Source: Rhodothermia bacterium
GTDB lineage: Bacteria > Bacteroidota > Rhodothermia > Rhodothermales > UBA10348
Length of the DNA stretch: 64,000 bases
Reading direction: 5' to 3'
NCBI GenBank assembly: GCA_036985715.1
Contig: BTQE01000001.1
Coordinates: 3,577-67,576 of the forward strand
Both the position numbers and the translations under genes were made by a program. Positions 60,129-64,000 of the stretch are shown here, in pieces. The notes beneath the pieces were generated by a model that did not search any database, was not told where the DNA came from, and saw only the letters and a list, made by a program, of their open reading frames with translations. The stretch's first letter is position 1; the number at the start of each line of letters is the position of its first letter.

Positions 60129-61238
60129 TTACACTCGTGTAAAAAGAGCGCTCTCTACTGTGAGACCAGGCCCGAATGCCATGGCGAAAATCTTCTCGTC
60201 GGGTCGGGCGGCCTTTAAAGTCAGGATTTCTTTCAGGACAAAGAGAATCGTCGCACTGCTCATGTTTCCATAGTCTCGAAGCACGAAACGGGACGCGGAC
60301 AAAGAATCTCCATTGAGACCGAGGGCCTGCTCCGTTTTGTCAAGAATGGCCCTCCCTCCAGGGTGAATGGCCCAGTGGTCGATATCCTTTCGTTTCAAAC
60401 CAACTTCTTTCAGAAGTGTGGTCACGATCGATTCTACATTCGCCTCAAGAATATGTGGTACATGCATTGAGAGAACCATGTCGAATCCGTGATCTCCGAT
60501 GCTCCATGCCATGTCTTCTTCGCTATCCGGGGCAAGCGTGGAGAGAAGTTTGGTAATCTTGAGGGAGGTGTTCGCAAATGCAGGTGTGCGAGCGCTCACT
60601 ATTGCGGAAGAGGCTCCGTCCCCAAAAACGGACGTGGCCACGATGCCATCAATTTCCTCGGAGGGGTGAAGGTGCAATGTGCAGAGCTCAAGGCACGCGA
60701 TCAACACGACTGCTTCTGGATCTGCCGTACAAAATGCTTCCGCCATTTTCAAGGCGGGGAAAGCGGCGTAACAGCCCATAAATCCTATGTGGAATCGCTG
60801 TGTTGAAGGGTCGAGCCCCAGGTCTTTCACGATATGGTAGTCCGGACCTGGAGCGAAAAATCCGGTGCACGAGACAGTGATGACGTGCGTAATATCATTC
60901 TTGTCAATTTCAGGACAGCCTTCGATCGCTCGCCGGCTTACCTCCAGGAAGAGTTTGCGTGCTTCGATGGCATACAGGTCATTGCGAACTCCTGTTGATG
61001 GGGACCTGTAGGAGTCCGAGGTTGCGTCGAAGAAGAGGCCATCGTGGTCATTGTCTGCATAGTCGCGAATTACACTATGCCGCTTCTCGATGCCGGAATG
61101 TTTGTACACGCGGCGCAAGAGCCGGGCGCCTTTACTCTCTGGATCGATCTGCGCGAGCATGACCTGCCCGATCTTCTCCTGAGGATAGGATATATCGGGG
61201 ACGGCTGTATCTATATGATGTATGTAAACAGGAGACAC
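60129..61238 (-). CDS. Type III polyketide synthase (chalcone-synthase superfamily)
   Basis: VSCTGFFAPGPDY (catalytic Cys), WAIHPGGRAILD (His), DYGNMSSATILFVL (Asn), AFGPGLT. The complete Cys-His-Asn triad is present. Confidence 0.9.
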   Translation of the reverse strand: MSPVYIHHIDTAVPDISYPQEKIGQVMLAQIDPESKGARLLRRVYKHSGIEKRHSVIRDYADNDHDGLFFDATSDSYRSPSTGVRNDLYAIEARKLFLEVSRRAIEGCPEIDKNDITHVITVSCTGFFAPGPDYHIVKDLGLDPSTQRFHIGFMGCYAAFPALKMAEAFCTADPEAVVLIACLELCTLHLHPSEEIDGIVATSVFGDGASSAIVSARTPAFANTSLKITKLLSTLAPDSEEDMAWSIGDHGFDMVLSMHVPHILEANVESIVTTLLKEVGLKRKDIDHWAIHPGGRAILDKTEQALGLNGDSLSASRFVLRDYGNMSSATILFVLKEILTLKAARPDEKIFAMAFGPGLTVESALFTRV

Positions 61239-61355
61239 TTCGAATTCTGGGTGTTGGCCGATTGATACGGGGCTTAGTTCTTTGTGATTCTCATCCTAAC
61301 CTCGTTTCTTACCTGACCATAGATTCAAGATGGTCACATCCACCCAGATCCTGTA

Positions 61356-61577
61356 ATGGTCGGCACAACGATTTCACACTACAATATTCTCGAAGAGCTC
61401 GGCCGTGGTGGCATGGGTGTCGTGTATCGGGCCTTAGACACCAAACTGGATCGAGAAGTCGCCCTAAAATTTCTTCCTCCCGGACTGTCTGCGGACGAGA
61501 CTGCCAAAGCACGGTTTATTCAAGAGGCGAAGGCAGCTTCGAGTCTGGATCACGCCAACATCTGCACGATCTATCAA
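61356..61577 (+). pseudogene. Ser/Thr protein kinase, N-terminal fragment (interrupted by IS)
   Basis: MVGTTISHYNILEELGRGGMGVVYRALDTKLDREVALKFLP...HANICTIYQ, then it runs into IS sequence (LNLPG-stop). It is closely paralogous to the N-terminus of the kinase at 17447-20068. Confidence 0.85.
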
Positions 61578-61750
61578 TTGAACCTCCCCGGGTAAACTCG
61601 GGGATTCTTCCTTCACTGAGAACAACCGACGCCGCGCATGGCGGCGACTGGATTTACACTCTCTCCAGAAGCTATCACGGTAGTACCTACCGCTAATATG
61701 TTTTTGGCCGCGTTGATATCGCGATCGAGCTCGGCCATGCACTTGCTGCA
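61558..61750 (-). ncRNA. Predicted TnpB omega (right-end) RNA: scaffold over the tnpB 3' end and RE, plus about 20-nt flank-derived guide
   Basis: By analogy to characterised TnpB elements. Only 35 nt separate the tnpB stop (61613-15) from the inferred RE boundary (61578). That stretch contains the hairpin TCCCCG-AGTTTACC-CGGGGA (plus-strand coordinates 61585-61604). The extent is a guess. Confidence 0.35.
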
Positions 61751-62834
61751 TGTCCAGAGGCGGATCGTCAGAGGCAGCTTGTCAACGACGTGCCCGCAGT
61801 TCGAACATGTTTTCGAAGACGCGTACCAGCGATCGATCTTCACCACCGCGCCGCCATACCACTCGGCCTTATACTCGAGCATCCGAACGAACATGCCCCA
61901 GCTCGCATCGCTGACGGCTTTCGAAAGCCGCCTGTTGCGAACCATGTTCTTGACCGAGAGGTCTTCCAGGCAAATCAGGTCGTACGTGCGAACAAGGTTC
62001 GTACTCAGCCTGTCGAGCGCATCCTTGCGGCAGTCCGCTATCCTCGCATGGATCTTCGCAACTCTTAGCCGCTGCTTTCGGCGGTTGTTCGAGCCTTTCT
62101 GTTTTCTCGAAAGACTCCGCTGCGCGCGTGCCAGGCGCTTCTCAAACCTCCGGAAATGCCGGTGGTTGCCCGACTTAAAGCCGTCGCTCGTCACAATGAG
62201 GTCCGTTATCCCCATATCAATACCCACCTGCTTGTCTCTTGCGGGAAGTTTGATGGGGTCGAACGCTACGACGAACGAAGCGAAGTATCTGCCCGAAGGA
62301 TCTCGCTCGACAGTCACGGACGAAGGAACAGACGGAAGATCGCGGCTCCACGCGACTCGGATGAGTCCGGGCACGCGGGCGAGGCTGAGTTTGCCGCGCT
62401 TTAGCTGGAAGCTCGTCTGGACAAAGCGAGCCGTCTGCCGCTCAGACTTCTTCTTGAAACTCGGGAATTGCGCCTGTTTCTCGAAGAAGCGTACGAACGC
62501 TGTTTGTAAATCTCTGAGCGACTGCTGCAGAGCCACACTCGAGACCTCGTTTAGCCATTCGGTTTCTTTCTTCAGATGAGTCAACCGTTTACTCGAACGG
62601 GCGTACGTCATGGGCTCTTCTGTCCGAAGCTCCAATCCCCAGTTGTATACGTAGCGTACGCAGCCGAACGCGCAGGCAAGCGCTTCTCGCTGCCGGCCAT
62701 TCGGATACAAGCGATATTTGTATTGTGCTGTCTGGGACATCCATAAACATATGTTCAACACATGTAAATGTTCCAATAATTTGTCAAGAAACGCGATTCA
62801 CCCACGCCTGAAGACGTGGTGCTCTCGCGTCTAC
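61578..62834 (-). mobile_element. IS200/IS605-family element carrying tnpB only (IS1341-like), about 1257 bp
   Basis: Boundaries are inferred from the reconstructed kinase reading frame (...TIYQ | IEEAEDG...). There is no target duplication. Subterminal hairpins lie at 61585-61604 (RE) and 62799-62821 (LE). There is no tnpA. Boundaries are good to within a few nt. Confidence 0.8.
61613..62740 (-). CDS. tnpB: TnpB (IS605 OrfB-family RNA-guided nuclease)
   Basis: YKYRLYPNGRQREAL N-terminus. RuvC-I VGIDMGITDL, RuvC-II ICLEDLSVKNM, zinc ribbon CSNCGH...CSKC, RuvC-III DRDINAAKNI. ATG 62740 (MSQTAQYKYRLYP) is preferred over the track start 62776. Confidence 0.9.
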   Translation of the reverse strand: MSQTAQYKYRLYPNGRQREALACAFGCVRYVYNWGLELRTEEPMTYARSSKRLTHLKKETEWLNEVSSVALQQSLRDLQTAFVRFFEKQAQFPSFKKKSERQTARFVQTSFQLKRGKLSLARVPGLIRVAWSRDLPSVPSSVTVERDPSGRYFASFVVAFDPIKLPARDKQVGIDMGITDLIVTSDGFKSGNHRHFRRFEKRLARAQRSLSRKQKGSNNRRKQRLRVAKIHARIADCRKDALDRLSTNLVRTYDLICLEDLSVKNMVRNRRLSKAVSDASWGMFVRMLEYKAEWYGGAVVKIDRWYASSKTCSNCGHVVDKLPLTIRLWTCSKCMAELDRDINAAKNILAVGTTVIASGESVNPVAAMRGVGCSQ

Positions 62835-64000
62835 ATAGAAGAGGCAGAAGACGGACGTCTGTACATCGCCATGGCGCTCTATTCGGGTATGACGCTCAAA
62901 GATGTCATTGAGGGTGGCCCCGCGTCCGTCGACAAGGTTATTTCCATTGGCATTCAGATTGCGAGTGCGCTGGACCGTGCACACGGTCAGGGTATTGTTC
63001 ACCGAGACATCAAGTCCGCAAACATCATGCTCACCGATCAGGAGGAGATCAAGATCCTTGATTTCGGTTTGGCAAAGCTGAGCGGGGGTATTGATCTCAC
63101 CAAAACGGGAAGTACTGTAGGAACAGCTGCCTATATGAGTCCTGAGCAGGTTCGATCGCTGACGGTCGATTTTAAATCCGATTTATGGTCGCTCGGGATC
63201 ATTCTTTATGAGTTGCTTTCCGGCACGAGACCGTTTCAGGGTGAATACGAGGCGTCAATCGGATACTCCATTCTGAATGAGCAGCCTGCTCCGCTTTCTT
63301 CTTCTGTTGACAATGTGCCTCCAGAGCTTGATGAGATCCTAAATCAGCTTCTCGCGAAGGATCCTGACGAGCGTTCGGCATCGGCAGACCTGGTTGTGAA
63401 GGCGCTTTCTGATCTACGGCTCGATCGGACGACGGAGTCGCGTGGAAGTAGAGTGGAATCCGTGCGTATCAATACCGGAGAAAAGACATCGTTTTCGATA
63501 TCACCGCTAAAGTGGGCAATGGGCATTGCAGGCTTAATCCTTGTTGCACTTGTCCTCTTTCTGATTGGGAGAACCGATCGTCAGCCTGACTCAGCTACAG
63601 GACTCAATACTTCTGATGAGTATTCACTTGCGGTCCTTCCGTTCACGGATTTGAGTCCCAATACTGATAATCAGTATTTCGGAGAAGGAATGGCGGAAGA
63701 ACTTCGTAATGCATTGATGGGTCTTGGGGGTCTCCGAGTGGCTGCTCGAGCGTCGTCATTTTATTTCCAGGGGAAGGGTCTTTCACCGCAGGCGATCGGT
63801 GACTCACTAAGCGTCGGTATGGTTTTAGAAGGAACGATCCGTCAAGAGGGAGAAACTATTCGCGTGACGGCCGAACTGACGAATTCAGAAACCGGATTTG
63901 GAATCTGGTCAAATAGGTACGATCGACAAATGGACGACGTCTTAGCTGTTCAGGATGAGATATCACGAGAAATTGTTGATGCGCTTGAAATTGAACTGAA
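62835..64000 (+). pseudogene. Ser/Thr protein kinase, C-terminal continuation (runs off window end)
   Basis: My hand translation in the same phase as the N-fragment is open from 62835 to 64000: IEEAEDGRLYIAMA...HRDIKSANIML...DFGLAK...SPEQ..., a TM (WAMGIAGLILVALVLFLI), then the YSLAVLPFTDLS...GMVLEGTI... TolB-N-like sensor region. It is absent from the ORF track because there is no start or stop in the window. Confidence 0.85.

Noticed and set aside
61638-62579. 313-aa plus-strand ORF inside the IS605-family element
   Set aside because: It is exactly antisense to tnpB, which has complete catalytic motifs. The translation is low-complexity (R/S/L-rich). It is not a tnpA: there is no HUH/Y1 motif.
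57154-62834. Idea that IS630 and the TnpB element form a composite transposon carrying the PKS operon
   Set aside because: The two elements belong to unrelated families with different transposition chemistries and share no terminal repeats. Co-mobilisation is not expected. Flanking by IS elements is noted only as a sign of a plastic region.

Overview
A 64-kb, mostly chromosomal segment of about 50% GC by eye. It probably comes from a bacterium with a type IX secretion system, i.e. a Bacteroidota, Rhodothermota or Balneolota-like lineage. This is an inference from two proteins that end in the NYPNPF...-type T9SS sorting domain, many lipoproteins, weak Shine-Dalgarno signals and acidic proteins. 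Coding density is high.

Content from left to right:
- A 5'-truncated merA in a four-gene metal-handling operon (DUF302, a Cys-free membrane protein, a CusF-like lipoprotein).
- A PrsW-type protease and a 1918-aa T9SS-secreted multidomain protein (FG-GAP, parallel beta-helix, HExxH...DEY).
- An MMPL/RND transporter, an amino-acid permease fused to EIIA and TrkA-C domains, and an NhaP-type antiporter.
- A Ser/Thr kinase with a beta-propeller ectodomain, followed by assorted hydrolases and oxidoreductases.
- Malic enzyme and an ArsM-like methyltransferase.
- A tandem pair of uncharacterised 4-Cys-domain genes.
- A tightly packed 9-gene catabolic operon at about 36.4-47.4 kb: two DmpA/P1 peptidases, a Na+ symporter, two class-III aminotransferases, a P5C-dehydrogenase-like ALDH, CoA-transferase A/B and a thiolase.
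- Several further peptidases (M19 dipeptidase, oligopeptidase B, gamma-glutamylcyclotransferase) and a tandem USP.
- A three-gene operon resembling minor pilins.
- An accessory right end: an intact GC-rich IS630 element with inverted repeats and a TA duplication; an srs-like operon (type III PKS, methyltransferase, FAD monooxygenase); and a second Ser/Thr kinase gene split by a tnpB-only IS200/IS605-family element with an intact RuvC triad.

I saw no rRNA, tRNA, CRISPR array or recognisable multi-gene defence system. The best candidates for new biology are the 4-Cys paralog pair, the non-canonical pilin-like operon, the DmpA-led operon, a Tat lipoprotein with three GHxH motifs, and the TnpB element with its predicted omega RNA. 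None is proven from sequence alone.
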